Shown here in pieces: positions 48,582-62,198 of a DNA stretch of 64,000 bases. Location: NCBI GenBank assembly GCA_963848295.1, contig CAWKDB010000011.1:480001-544000 (forward strand), given 5' to 3'. Numbering within the stretch: position 1 is the stretch's first letter; the number at the start of each line of letters is the position of its first letter. The position numbers and the translations under genes are program-made. The stretch is from an uncultured delta proteobacterium (GTDB lineage: Bacteria > Myxococcota_A > Polyangia > Haliangiales > Haliangiaceae). Under the pieces are notes generated by a model. It had not been told where the DNA came from and searched no databases. It saw only the letters and a program-made list of their open reading frames with translations.

Positions 48582-49251
48582 CTAGGTGCGAGGCGGAACC
48601 GGACGAGCGGTGGCGTCCTTGCGGGCGGGGAGCACCTCGCCGTGGAACACCCACGCCTTGACGCCGATCGACCCGTAGGTCGTGTGCGCCTCGGTGAAGC
48701 CGTACTCGATGTCCGCACGCAGCGTGTGCAGCGGAACGCGGCCCTCTTTGTACCATTCGCGACGGCACATCTCGGCGCCGCCGAGCCGACCGGCCGACGC
48801 GACCTTGATGCCCTTCGCGCCGAACTTCATCGCGGTCTGGGTCGCCTTCTTCATCGCGCGGCGGAACGCGATCCGACGCTCGAGCTGCGTCGCGATGTTC
48901 TCGGCGACGAGCTGCGCGTTGGTCTCGGCCTTGCGGACCTCGATGATGTTGAGGAACACCTCGTTCTCGGTCAGCGCCTGGACTTCCTTCTTCAGCGTCT
49001 CGACGCCCGCGCCGCGCTTGCCGATCACGATGCCGGGACGCGCGGTGTGGATGTTGATCTTCGCCTTGTTCGCGGCGCGCTCGATCTCGATGTAGCTGAC
49101 GCCAGCGTGGTGCAGCTTCTTCTTGATGAAGCCGCTTGAGCTTCAGGTCCTCGTGCAGCCACTTGGCGTAGTTCTTCTCTTCGTACCAACGAGACGACCA
49201 CGTCTTGATGATGCCGAGACGGAAACCAGTCGGATGTGTTTTCTGACCCAT
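48582..49251 (-). CDS. rpsC: 30S ribosomal protein S3 (apparent +1 indel ~49135)
   Basis: [37 protein letters not shown]. Confidence 0.95.
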
Positions 49252-49254
49252 GAG

Positions 49255-49597
49255 CTAGTCCTCGTCCGTGACAACAACCGTGAGGTGAGACGACCGATGA
49301 TTGATGCGGTTCGCGCGGCCCATCGACCGCGGCATCCAGCGCTTGTCGATCGTGCCGCCGTCGACCGCGATCGTGTGCAGGCGCAGCGTCCTCGACCGAC
49401 GCGTCGCCGCCCGACTTGTCCTCGGCGTTCGCCGCGGCGCTCTTGATCGCCTTCGCGATGATGCCCGCGGCCCGCTTCGGCATGAGCTCGAGCAGGCCGA
49501 CCGCCTCTTCGACCTTCTTGCCGCGAACCAGGTTCGCGACGACGCGCATCTTGCGCGGCGACATCGTGATGCCCTTGACGTGTGCGCGAGCCTGCAT
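49255..49597 (-). CDS. rplV: 50S ribosomal protein L22 (apparent indel ~49390)
   Basis: [20 protein letters not shown]; after shift [19 protein letters not shown]. Confidence 0.93.
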
Positions 49598-49599
49598 GA

Positions 49600-49878
49600 C
49601 TAGGCCTTCTTCCGTTCGCCGGTGTGACCGTGGAACGTGCGGGTGTGCGAGAACTCGCCGAGCTTGTGACCGACCATCTGCTCGGTGATGTGCACCGGGA
49701 TGAACTTGCGGCCGTTGTGAACCGCGAACGTCACGCCGACCATGTCGGGGATGACGGTCGAGCGGCGCGAATACGTCGTCACGACGCGCTTGCTCGGGTT
49801 CGGTTCCTTCGCGGCGATCGCGAGCTTCTTCGTCAGGTACTTGTCGACGAACGGACCTTTTTTTACTGAACGAGGCAT
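49600..49878 (-). CDS. rpsS: 30S ribosomal protein S19
   Basis: [28 protein letters not shown]. Confidence 0.97.
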   Translation of the reverse strand: MPRSVKKGPFVDKYLTKKLAIAAKEPNPSKRVVTTYSRRSTVIPDMVGVTFAVHNGRKFIPVHITEQMVGHKLGEFSHTRTFHGHTGERKKA

Positions 49879-49897
49879 GGCTATTCTATTCCCTGGC

Positions 49898-50720
49898 TCA
49901 CTTGCGCCGGCGGATGATGAACTGCTCGGTCCGCTTGTTGTGACGGGTCTTCTTGCCCTTGGTCTTGACGCCCCAAGGGGTGCACGGGTGACGACCACCG
50001 GAGCTGCGGCCTTCGCCGCCGCCCATCGGGTGATCGACGGGGTTCATCGACACGCCGCGCTGGTGCGGACGAATGCCGAGCCAGCGCCGGCGACCGGCCT
50101 TGCCCCACTGGATGTTGCCGTGCTCGGAGTTGCCGATCGATCCGACCGTCGCCTTGCAGTCGATGTGGACGCGGCGCATCTCGCCCGAGGGCATGCGCAG
50201 CGTGGCCCAATCGCCTTCTTTGGCCATCAGCGTGACCTTCGTGCCAGCCGAGCGCCCGATCTGCGCGCCGCGTCCGATCTTGAGCTCGACGCAGTGGATG
50301 TCGGTGCCGACCGGGATGTAGCGCAACGGCAGCGCGTTGCCGGGCTTGATGTCGGCGGTGTTCGCCGACACCACCTGCTCGCCGACCGCGAGCTTCTGAC
50401 GGCGCGAGGATGTACGCCTTCTCGCCGTCGGCGTACTGGATCAGCGCGAGCCGAGCCGAGCGGTTCGGGTCGTACTCGATGCCGACGACGGTCGCCGGCA
50501 CGCCGGTCTTCATCCGCTTGAAGTCGACGCGGCGATAGCGCTTCTTGTGCCCGCCCGAGCGAAACCGCGACGTGATCCGGCCGTGGTTGTTGCGGCCGGC
50601 CGACGCGGTCTTGTGCTCGAGCAGCGACTTCTCGGGCTCACCCTTGGTGATCTCGCCGAAGTCCTGCGTGGACATGCCGCGCCGGCCGGGAGATGTTGGC
50701 TTGTAGATCCGGATCGCCAT
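49898..50720 (-). CDS. rplB: 50S ribosomal protein L2 (apparent +1 indel ~50390)
   Basis: [31 protein letters not shown]. Confidence 0.96.
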
Positions 50721-50723
50721 GGC

Positions 50724-51054
50724 TTAGACGCCCTCGAAGAATTCGATGTTGTCGCCGGGCTTGAGCGTGACGAACGCCTTCTTCCACGACGGGCGGCGGC
50801 CGGCGAACCGACCGATCCGCTTCTCTTTGCCGCGCACGATCAGCGTGCGGACATCGGTCACGGTCACCTTGAACAGCGGTCTGGACCGCGCGGCGAATCT
50901 CGATCTTGTTCGAATCGCGCGCGACCTCGAACACGACCTTCTGCGCGTAGTCCTCGCCCTCGACGTGCGAGCTCGCCGCACCACCGGTCTCGCGGAGGCG
51001 CGCCGTCTTCTCGGTCAGCAGCGGACGCTTGATGACGGATTGAGCGCTACGCAT
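50724..51054 (-). CDS. rplW: 50S ribosomal protein L23 (apparent +1 indel ~50880) with internal insertion
   Basis: [13 protein letters not shown]...[16 protein letters not shown]. Confidence 0.93.
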
Positions 51055-51690
51055 CGATCGTCTCCGGCTTTTCCTGCAGCGCGGCCTCGACCTGCTTGGC
51101 CGCGGCCTGGGTGAGCACGAGCGTCTCGTGGCGAAGGATGTCGTAGACGTTGAGACCTTCGGGCGCGATCCACTGCGAGCGCGCGAGGTTGCGCGCGCCG
51201 CGGACGAGCTTGTCGTTGGTCTTCGCGTCGACGATCAGCGCCTTCGGCGCCCGTGCCGAGCGTCGCGAGCGAGGCCGGCGACGTTCTTGGTCTTGCCATC
51301 GGTCGCGAAGCCATCGAGCACGATGATCTTGTTCTCGGCCGCGCGCAGCGACAGCGCCGAGCGCAGCGCCGCCTTCTTGGTCTGGCGCGGCATCGCGTAG
51401 TCGTAGCTGCGCGGCCTGGGGCCCTTCGCGGAGCCACCGCCGACCCAGTGCGGAGCCTGCTTGGAGCCCTGGCGCGCTTGGCCCGTGCCCTTTTGCTTCC
51501 ACACCTTCTTGGACGATCCGCGGACCTCGCCGAGACGCTTGGTCGACGCCGTACCGGCGCGGCGCTTGGCGAGTTGCCACTTCACGACTTCCCACAGCAG
51601 GTGCTCGTGGACCTCGACTCCGAACACGGCGTCGTCGAGGTCGATCGACCCGACGGCCTTGCCGGAGATATTTTTGACTTCGATCTTCAT
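51047..51690 (-). CDS. rplD: 50S ribosomal protein L4 (apparent indels ~51250-51280)
   Basis: [36 protein letters not shown]. Confidence 0.94.
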
Positions 51691-51698
51691 GGTTCGGC

Positions 51699-52007
<309 letters not shown>

Positions 52008-52019
52008 GAGAGTCCTTCG

Positions 52020-53273
<1,254 letters not shown>

Positions 53274-53285
53274 GGTATCGGCTCC

Positions 53286-55514
53286 TTAGGCGCGTTGGCG
53301 GGAAGTCAGGTCTTCGCGAATTTGCTGAGGCACTTCAGCGTAGTGGTCGAATTCCATCGAGTAGGTGGCCCGGCCCTTCGTTCGTGACCGCAGGTCGGTC
53401 AGGTATCCGAACATCGTGGCTATGGGCACAAAACAGGCGACGGCTTGTACCCCAGGCCGCGCGGTAATTCCAGCGACTTTTCCCCGTCTGGCGTGCAAAT
53501 CTCCGAGGACGTCGCCGAGGCTCTCGTCCGGAGTGACGACCTCTAGCTGCATCACCGGTTCGAGCACCGTCGGGCTCGCCTTGTTGGCGGCGGCGACGAA
53601 GGCCTTCGACCCGGCGACCTTGAAGGCGTAATTGTTAGAATCTACGGGGTGATAGCTGCCGCCGACGACCTGCACGCGAAGGTCGGTCATCGCGCATCCG
53701 GCGATCACGCCGCGCTGGGCGGCCTCGGCGACTCCAGCTTCCACCGCGGGCGCGTGCTCCGACGGGATGTCGCTGGTCGGGGCGCGGTTCTCGTAGACGT
53801 AGCCGCCACCTCGCCCGGTCGGCTCGACGACGAGCCGGACGTGGCCGTACTCGCCCCGCGCGCTGGCCGCGCCGGCCCCGCCGCGCACGAACTTGTTCTC
53901 GCCCTCGGCGGAGCGCGTGATCGTCTCGCGATACGCGACCTGCGGCGCACCGACCTTGACCTTGACGCCGAGCTCGCGGCGCAAGCGCTCGACGATGATC
54001 TCGAGGTGGAGCTCGCCCATCCCGGAGATCACGGTCTGGCCGGTCTCGATGTCGGTCGACACGCGGAACGATGGATCCTCGAGCGCGAGCCGGTCGAGCG
54101 CCGCCGGGAGCCGGGCGTGATCGTCGTCGGTCTCCGGCTCGATCGCGACGCCCATCACCGGCTCGGGGATCGTCATCGGGTCGAGCACGATCGGCGCGCG
54201 CGGATCGCACAGCGTCTGGCCGGTGTAGATCCGCGCCTGCTGCGACGGGCCCACCGGTTGGTGCAGCGCGCCGATCATGCCGGCCTCGATCTGCTTGATG
54301 TCCTCGCGGCGATTCGCGTACATGCGGACGAGCCGTCCGATGTGCTCGAGGTTGCCGCGGCTCGAGTTGAGCACCGAGTCACCGACGCGCAGCACGCCGG
54401 AGTAGACGCGGATGAACGTCAGCGTGCCGCCGGTGCCGTCATCCTGGGTCTTGAACGCGAGCGCGGCGAGCGGCGCGTCGTCGGAGATCGGCCGCGACAA
54501 CGTCGGCGCCGCGGCGGCGGTGCGATCGTCGGGCTCGCGCCCGCGCACGACGGTCGCGACCTGTGCGCGACCGGCGGCGCCGCCGAAGGACGGCGCGGTT
54601 CCATAGACCCCGATGTCGATCGGCGATGGCAAGTAGTCGAGGACCGCGTCGAGCAAGAAGTGGATGCCTTGGTTCTTGAACGCCGAGCCGACCAAGGTCG
54701 GCACGCCCCTGCCGGCGAGCGTGATCCGGCGCAGCGCGGCGCGCACGAGCTCGGGCGGCAGCGCGCGGCCCGAAACCCAGGTCGCCATCAATTCGTCGTC
54801 GAGCTCGGCGATCGCTTCGATCATCGCTTCGCGCGCGCGGCTCGCGGCGGGCACGATCGCGTGCGGCACCGGACCGTCGGAGAACTTCGCGCCGAAGCTC
54901 GCCGCGTCCCACGTCCGCGCGCGCATCGTGATCAGATCGATCACGCTCTTGAACTGCGCACCGAGGCCGAGCGGCAGCTGGATCGCGATCGGCGTCGCGC
55001 CCAGGCGCGCGCGCATCTCGCCGATCACGCGATCGGGCTCGGCGCCTTCGCGATCGCACTTGTTGATGAACGCGAGCCGCGGCACGTGATAGCGATCCGC
55101 CTGCCGCCACACGGTCTCGCTCTGCGGTTCGACACCCTCGACCGCCGAGAACACGCAAATCGCACCGTCGAGCACGCGCAGGGAGCGCTCGACCTCCATC
55201 GTGAAGTCGACGTGGCCCGGCGTGTCGATCAGGTTGACGACGTGGTGCTTCCAGCCAAACGTCGTCGCCGCGGCGGTGATCGAGATGCCGCGCTCTTGCT
55301 CTTGCTGCATCCAATCGGTGAACGCAGAGCCGTCGTCGACCTCGCCGAGCCGCGACGTCACGCCCGTGTAGAACAGGATGCGTTCGGTCGTCGTCGTCTT
55401 GCCGGCGTCGACATGCGCCATCACCCCGATGTTGCGGGTGCGGTCCAGTGGGACCGAGCGGATGTCGGGGCGGGTTGCCATGCTTGCGAGCTCGGTGGTT
55501 TGGCTTGTCGCCAC
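53286..55514 (-). CDS. fusA: Elongation factor G, divergent (start GTG 55514 or ATG 55481)
   Basis: [48 protein letters not shown]; located between rpsG and tuf. Confidence 0.93.
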   Translation of the reverse strand: MATSQTTELASMATRPDIRSVPLDRTRNIGVMAHVDAGKTTTTERILFYTGVTSRLGEVDDGSAFTDWMQQEQERGISITAAATTFGWKHHVVNLIDTPGHVDFTMEVERSLRVLDGAICVFSAVEGVEPQSETVWRQADRYHVPRLAFINKCDREGAEPDRVIGEMRARLGATPIAIQLPLGLGAQFKSVIDLITMRARTWDAASFGAKFSDGPVPHAIVPAASRAREAMIEAIAELDDELMATWVSGRALPPELVRAALRRITLAGRGVPTLVGSAFKNQGIHFLLDAVLDYLPSPIDIGVYGTAPSFGGAAGRAQVATVVRGREPDDRTAAAAPTLSRPISDDAPLAALAFKTQDDGTGGTLTFIRVYSGVLRVGDSVLNSSRGNLEHIGRLVRMYANRREDIKQIEAGMIGALHQPVGPSQQARIYTGQTLCDPRAPIVLDPMTIPEPVMGVAIEPETDDDHARLPAALDRLALEDPSFRVSTDIETGQTVISGMGELHLEIIVERLRRELGVKVKVGAPQVAYRETITRSAEGENKFVRGGAGAASARGEYGHVRLVVEPTGRGGGYVYENRAPTSDIPSEHAPAVEAGVAEAAQRGVIAGCAMTDLRVQVVGGSYHPVDSNNYAFKVAGSKAFVAAANKASPTVLEPVMQLEVVTPDESLGDVLGDLHARRGKVAGITARPGVQAVACFVPIATMFGYLTDLRSRTKGRATYSMEFDHYAEVPQQIREDLTSRQRA

Positions 55515-55550
55515 CTTCCGTGCTCCCTCTGCAAAATCGTTAGCCGATAG

Positions 55551-56039
55551 TTACCAGCGGTAGTGCGCGAACGCCTTGTTCGCGTCGGCCATCTTGTGGA
55601 CGTCCTCGCGCTTCTTGACCGCGTTGCCACGGTTCTGAGCGGCGTCGACGATCTCGTTCGCGAGTCGATCCATCATCGTCTTCTCGTTGCGCTCGCGAGC
55701 GTAATCGACGAGCCAGCGCATGCCGAGCGCGAGCGAGCAATCCGGACGAACGTCGACCGGAACTTGGTACGTGGAGCCACCGACGCGGCGGCTCTTGACC
55801 TCGACGCGCGGCCGCACGTTGCCGAGCGCGCGCTCCCACACCTTCAACGGATCATCTTTGGCTCGCTCGGCGACGAGATCCATCGCGCCGTAGACGATGC
55901 CCTCGGCGACCGCCTTCTTGCCATCGCGCATCACGACGTTGACGAACTTCGTGACGCGACGACGAACGTCGGCCGGGGCGTCGGTGTACTTCGGATCCGG
56001 GAGGACCTTGCGCTTGGGGACTTCACCTTTACGGGGCAT
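55551..56039 (-). CDS. rpsG: 30S ribosomal protein S7
   Basis: [30 protein letters not shown]. Confidence 0.98.
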   Translation of the reverse strand: MPRKGEVPKRKVLPDPKYTDAPADVRRRVTKFVNVVMRDGKKAVAEGIVYGAMDLVAERAKDDPLKVWERALGNVRPRVEVKSRRVGGSTYQVPVDVRPDCSLALGMRWLVDYARERNEKTMMDRLANEIVDAAQNRGNAVKKREDVHKMADANKAFAHYRW

Positions 56040-56048
56040 GGCCGATCC

Positions 56049-56420
56049 TTACTTGGGACGCTTGGCGCCGTACTTGGACCGGCTCTGCTTGCGGTTCGAC
56101 ACACCCGTGGTGTCGAGGGTGCCGCGGATGATGTGGTAGCGAACGCCCGGCAGATCCTTGACGCGACCGCCGCGGATCAACACGACCGAGTGCTCTTGAA
56201 GGTTGTGGCCCTCGCCCGGGATGTACGACGTCACTTCCATGCCGTTCGTGAGGCGAACGCGGGCGACCTTGCGCAGCGCCGAGTTCGGCTTCTTCGGGGT
56301 CGTGGTGTAGACGCGCGTGCACACGCCGCGCTTCTGCGGGCACTGCTTGAGCGCCGGCGATGCGCTCTTGGTGCGCACCTTCTCGCGTCCCGAACGGACG
56401 AGCTGATTGATCGTAGGCAT
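56049..56420 (-). CDS. rpsL: 30S ribosomal protein S12
   Basis: [29 protein letters not shown]. Confidence 0.98.
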   Translation of the reverse strand: MPTINQLVRSGREKVRTKSASPALKQCPQKRGVCTRVYTTTPKKPNSALRKVARVRLTNGMEVTSYIPGEGHNLQEHSVVLIRGGRVKDLPGVRYHIIRGTLDTTGVSNRKQSRSKYGAKRPK

Positions 56421-56469
56421 TTGACGAAGTTCCTGACGGTGGGACGAGAGGCCCGATAGAGAGCGCGGA

Positions 56470-56497
56470 ATCTTATGGATCTGCCCCCGGCTGTCAA
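56470..56497 (-). promoter_or_regulatory. sigma70 promoter of the str operon
   Basis: Minus strand TTGACA (56497-56492), 16-nt spacer, TAAGAT (56475-56470), ~50 nt upstream of rpsL. Confidence 0.8.
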
Positions 56498-56550
56498 GGC
56501 CCGCGTGACCGGGCTAGACACCTGGCCCTTGCGGCCGAACCGTCCCAGCG

Positions 56551-57681
56551 ATGCTGACTCTCGCTCGTTTGGCCGCGGCGCTCGCCCTGATCCCCGCGGT
56601 GGCACGCGCCGACCGTCTGGTCATCGCGGAAGTACCCGCGGCGCTTGCCGTGTCCGGGGCTCAGGCCGACGCGTTCCGGACCGGCGCGATGCCGGCGGTC
56701 GGTGCCTACGTCGAGTCGGCCCACGGCGAGCTCGGCGTCCGGGTTCGCGTCGGCGTCCTCGCCAATGGCCCGGCGCCTGGAAACAACGAGCGAGATCCGG
56801 GCGTTGGCGGGCTCGCCACCGCGGGCGTGGCCTATCGTTTGCCGATCGGCGCGGGCTGGGTCGAGGGCGTGCTCGGCGGCGGCATCACCGGACGCGACGT
56901 CGTGCCCGCCGCCGAAATCGGCGTGGGTTGGCAGTTCGAGCTCGCCGGCGTCCAGGCGGGCCCGGCCGTCCGCTTCCTCTATGTCGACGGTCACGACGCG
57001 ATGGGGTTCGGCAGCGCGAGCATCGTGCTGGTCGGGATCGATGTCCAGTTCGGCAAGCATCGGCGCGCACCGGTCGTGACGGAGCAACATGTCGTGGACC
57101 TCGCGCCTCCGCCACCGCCGGTCGCTCCACCACCCGCCGCGCTCGAGGCCGACGACGAAAAGCTCGTCGACCGCGACACCGGCTGCATGCAGGACGGCGA
57201 AGGTTGCGAGATCGCGATCGCCGGCGGTGAGCCGCTCGTCATGCGCGATCATCGGATCGTCCTCGACGATCGCGTGCTGTTCGACACCGATCGCGCGAAG
57301 GTCAAGTCTGCGGGCTACGACACGATCGCGGCGATCGCGCGCGCGTGGCGCAAACATCCCGAGTGGCGGCACGTCACGATCGAGGGTCACACCGATACGC
57401 GTGGCGAGGACGACTACAACATGGACCTCAGCCAGCGCCGCGCGGATCACGTGCGCGCGTTGTTCGTTCGCGACGGCATCGCGCCGGATCGGGTCGACGC
57501 GGTCGGCTACGGCCGTACGCGGCCACGCGACCTCGGGCAGACCGAAGCGGCACATCAACACAACCGCCGGGTCGAGTTCGCGGTCGATTCCGCGCCGCCA
57601 TCCGCCGCCGATCAGACGGTCTCGCGGGCCGTAGGGACCTCGCTCGGCGCAGCCGTGGCGGCCGAAGGAGCTACGCCATGA
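56551..57681 (+). CDS. OmpA family protein (N-terminal beta-barrel-like + C-terminal peptidoglycan-binding domain)
   Basis: Signal peptide; VLFDTD, IEGHTD, YNMDLSQRRA, GYG, NRRVEF. Confidence 0.9.
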   Translation: MLTLARLAAALALIPAVARADRLVIAEVPAALAVSGAQADAFRTGAMPAVGAYVESAHGELGVRVRVGVLANGPAPGNNERDPGVGGLATAGVAYRLPIGAGWVEGVLGGGITGRDVVPAAEIGVGWQFELAGVQAGPAVRFLYVDGHDAMGFGSASIVLVGIDVQFGKHRRAPVVTEQHVVDLAPPPPPVAPPPAALEADDEKLVDRDTGCMQDGEGCEIAIAGGEPLVMRDHRIVLDDRVLFDTDRAKVKSAGYDTIAAIARAWRKHPEWRHVTIEGHTDTRGEDDYNMDLSQRRADHVRALFVRDGIAPDRVDAVGYGRTRPRDLGQTEAAHQHNRRVEFAVDSAPPSAADQTVSRAVGTSLGAAVAAEGATP

Positions 57682-58688
57682 ACAGCCTCAGGATCGCCGC
57701 TGCCGTGTTCGCCGTCGCGCTCGTCGGGTGCTTCGACTCCGTCGTCAGCGATCCGTGCATCGTGGGCTTCGCGTGGACGAACGGCGCTTGTCAACCCAGC
57801 GGCACGACCCCCGATGGCGGCGCCCCTGGTAGCGCCGATGCCACCGGCGATGCGCGCGGTCACGATGGTGGCGTGCGCGATGCGAACGTCGCGATCGATA
57901 GCGTCGCGATCGACAGTCCGATGATCGACGCCGGCATGATCGACGCGCTGACCTGTCCGCTGCCCGAGATCGTGTGCAGCACGGTGTGCATCGATCCGAC
58001 CACCGATGCGAACAACTGCGGTCACTGCGGCCACGTGTGCGCGAGCGGGATCTGTCAGGCGAGCGTGTGCGTCGGCGACGCCGCCGGTCACGTCGTCGCG
58101 ATCGGCCACGACTACACGCACTTCCATCCGGCGATGGCGCGGGTGCTCGGCAACGCGCTCGCGCTGCGCGCCGCGCACGCCGTCCGCGTAGGCTGGTATC
58201 GAGGGAGCGCGACCGAGGAGGTCGACACCGACGCGCACTCCGCGGCTCAGCAGGCGCTCGCGGCGATGGGCAATACGCTCGCGTCGACCGCGTTCGCGAG
58301 CCCGCCGACGACCGCGCAGCTCGCCGCGGTGGACGTCGTCGTGATCGAAGCGCAGACCGGCGACGGCGACGCCGCCGAGGCGACCGGCGCGGCGTGGGCG
58401 CCCACCGCCCAGACGTATCTAGCCGCGACCGGCGTGATCGTCGTGCTCGAAGCTACGGGCGGCGTCAGCTATCGCTTCGCCGCCGGTGCTGGCTTGTTCG
58501 CGGTCGGCGCCCCGGTCGACGAATCGGGCACCGCGCTCGATGTCGTCGGCACCACCGACGCGGTGGCGCAAGACGTCACCTCGCCATACCTCGGCGAAGC
58601 GTCGACCGTCAGCTGGCCCGGCGCGCCCGTCGCGGTGGTCGCGACGCCGAGCGGCGACGTCGTCGTGTTTCACGAGACGTTCGAGTAA
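57678..58688 (+). CDS. Lipoprotein with myxobacterial Cys-rich repeat
   Basis: ATGA overlap, GGAG RBS, lipobox LVGC, CSTVCIDPTTDANNCGHCGHVC..G.C...C. Confidence 0.75.
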   Translation: MNSLRIAAAVFAVALVGCFDSVVSDPCIVGFAWTNGACQPSGTTPDGGAPGSADATGDARGHDGGVRDANVAIDSVAIDSPMIDAGMIDALTCPLPEIVCSTVCIDPTTDANNCGHCGHVCASGICQASVCVGDAAGHVVAIGHDYTHFHPAMARVLGNALALRAAHAVRVGWYRGSATEEVDTDAHSAAQQALAAMGNTLASTAFASPPTTAQLAAVDVVVIEAQTGDGDAAEATGAAWAPTAQTYLAATGVIVVLEATGGVSYRFAAGAGLFAVGAPVDESGTALDVVGTTDAVAQDVTSPYLGEASTVSWPGAPVAVVATPSGDVVVFHETFE

Positions 58689-58707
58689 ACGCAGGCCCGG
58701 GCGGGCA

Positions 58708-60510
<1,803 letters not shown>

Positions 60511-60545
60511 CGCAACGCGTAGCGTACCACGCGGTCAGCGGCCGA

Positions 60546-60944
60546 TCAGTGAGTCCACTTCTCTTGGCGCGAATGGTCGCCGTCGTCGTACTCGTGCGCG
60601 GTCACGAAGTGGTACGCGACCTCGCGCGCCTTCTCGGATTCGACCACGCACTCGAACAGCCACTCGCCCTCCGCGTCGGCCGGTTCGACCTGCACGTAGG
60701 CGATCTCGGCCGGAAACAGCAGCAGCTCGCCGACGAGATCTTTCGCGCGGCCGAGCTGGACGACCAACGTGTGCTCGTCCTCGGTCTTGAGCCGCCAGTG
60801 GAAATCGTCGTGGTCGAGCAGCACCACCTCGGGAGTTCCGGCGCGAACGATGCAGTTCGCGTGATCCTGCAACCAGGCCCAGAACTTGTCGAAGGTGAGT
60901 GTCGTCGCCACGGCCGCGAGCCGTTTACCCGTCGTCGTTCCCAT
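60546..60944 (-). CDS. Hypothetical acidic protein
   Basis: 132-aa ORF with genome-typical codon usage filling the gap between co-oriented genes. Confidence 0.7.
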   Translation of the reverse strand: MGTTTGKRLAAVATTLTFDKFWAWLQDHANCIVRAGTPEVVLLDHDDFHWRLKTEDEHTLVVQLGRAKDLVGELLLFPAEIAYVQVEPADAEGEWLFECVVESEKAREVAYHFVTAHEYDDGDHSRQEKWTH

Positions 60945-60995
60945 ACGCGCAACTTATAGCCGCATGCCGGCCCCGCGCCAAGGCTCGTGTGGGTC

Positions 60996-62198
60996 CTAGA
61001 ACCGACCCACGACCGCGACGCCGGCGCTCGTCGGCGATGCGACCGGAACCACCATCCTCTCGGCCGGCCCGGGAGCGTCGAAGTAGTACAACACCGCCGC
61101 GGTCGCACCCGCGACCACCGCCGCGCCACCGAGCAGCCACGCGGTATCGCGAAAGTTATTGCGGCGATCGGTGTAGCTCCGGTAGTCGGCCAGCTGTTGC
61201 TGCGTGATGCCGACGGTCTCGCGGTCGCGCTCGATATCGCTCATCTTGTTGTCCGAGAGCACCGCGACGAGCGCACTGGCCGCACTGCCGAGCGCGAGCA
61301 CGCCGCCCGCACCGACGAGCCACGGCACCGAGCGGCGCTTGCCGGTCGGTCGCATCGCGACGGTCACGGTCTTGACCTCGCCGCGCGCGAGCACGAGCGA
61401 GCGGGCCACGGTCTCGCGACCGCGCCGCATCACGACCAGCACGTGATTCCCCGACGGCACATCCTGGGTAGCGAGCGGGGTCGTCCCGAGCACGCGACCG
61501 TCAATCGCAATCTGCGCATCGGTGTCGGTGGCGAAGGTGAGGCGCGCCGGCTTCTCGACGAGCCGGACCTCGACGGGATCGGTCTCGCCCGGCGCGACCT
61601 TGTGAGTCTCGGTGACCGGAATGTAGCCGTCCGCCGTGATCGCGACGGTGTGCTCGCCGGGCGTGACAGCGATCGGGGTGTAGAGCTCGGCCGGCTTGCC
61701 ATCGAGCGTCGCGGTCGCCCCGAGTGCGTCCGAGGCCGGCAGCATCGACAGCTCGGTCATCGTGGTCTTCTGCTCGCCGATCGTGACGTTGATGATCACG
61801 CGAGTCGCGTCGCTGCGAGGCGCCGCGACGAGGCCGCCGCCGCCGAGCCGGTCGAGCTCGCGCTGCATCTCGGCGAGCCCATCCGACGCGTCGCCGACCC
61901 GGCCGCCGCTCTTCACCTTCGCGAGATACGCGCGGTACAGCTCGACCGCGCGCTTGCAGTACTGCGGCTTCGGCTCGATGAAGTACTGGCGGCGATACGC
62001 CTGCGCCGCCGAGAACGCGATCTCCGGGATCGCCATCTCCGTGTAGGCCAGCTCGAAGCTCTCCGCCGCGGCGGCGAAGCTCTGATGGCGAAACGCCTGC
62101 TCGCCGGCGCGAAAATACTGCTCGGCCTTCACGCGATCGTCGGCGCGTGCGATCGAGCTCGCCGCGACCAGCGCGATGCAGATGGCGACCGCCTTCAT
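60996..62198 (-). CDS. TPR + PEGA domain protein
   Basis: Signal peptide; AEQYFRAGEQAF...AA..FE.AY (TPR); PGEHTVAITADGY and IDGRVLGTTPL...G.H (PEGA); C-terminal hydrophobic hairpin ending VVGRF. Confidence 0.85.
   Translation of the reverse strand: MKAVAICIALVAASSIARADDRVKAEQYFRAGEQAFRHQSFAAAAESFELAYTEMAIPEIAFSAAQAYRRQYFIEPKPQYCKRAVELYRAYLAKVKSGGRVGDASDGLAEMQRELDRLGGGGLVAAPRSDATRVIINVTIGEQKTTMTELSMLPASDALGATATLDGKPAELYTPIAVTPGEHTVAITADGYIPVTETHKVAPGETDPVEVRLVEKPARLTFATDTDAQIAIDGRVLGTTPLATQDVPSGNHVLVVMRRGRETVARSLVLARGEVKTVTVAMRPTGKRRSVPWLVGAGGVLALGSAASALVAVLSDNKMSDIERDRETVGITQQQLADYRSYTDRRNNFRDTAWLLGGAAVVAGATAAVLYYFDAPGPAERMVVPVASPTSAGVAVVGRF

Noticed and set aside
56049..56420. Streptomycin-resistance allele of rpsL
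   Set aside because: PKKPNSA and RVKDLPG motifs are wild type.
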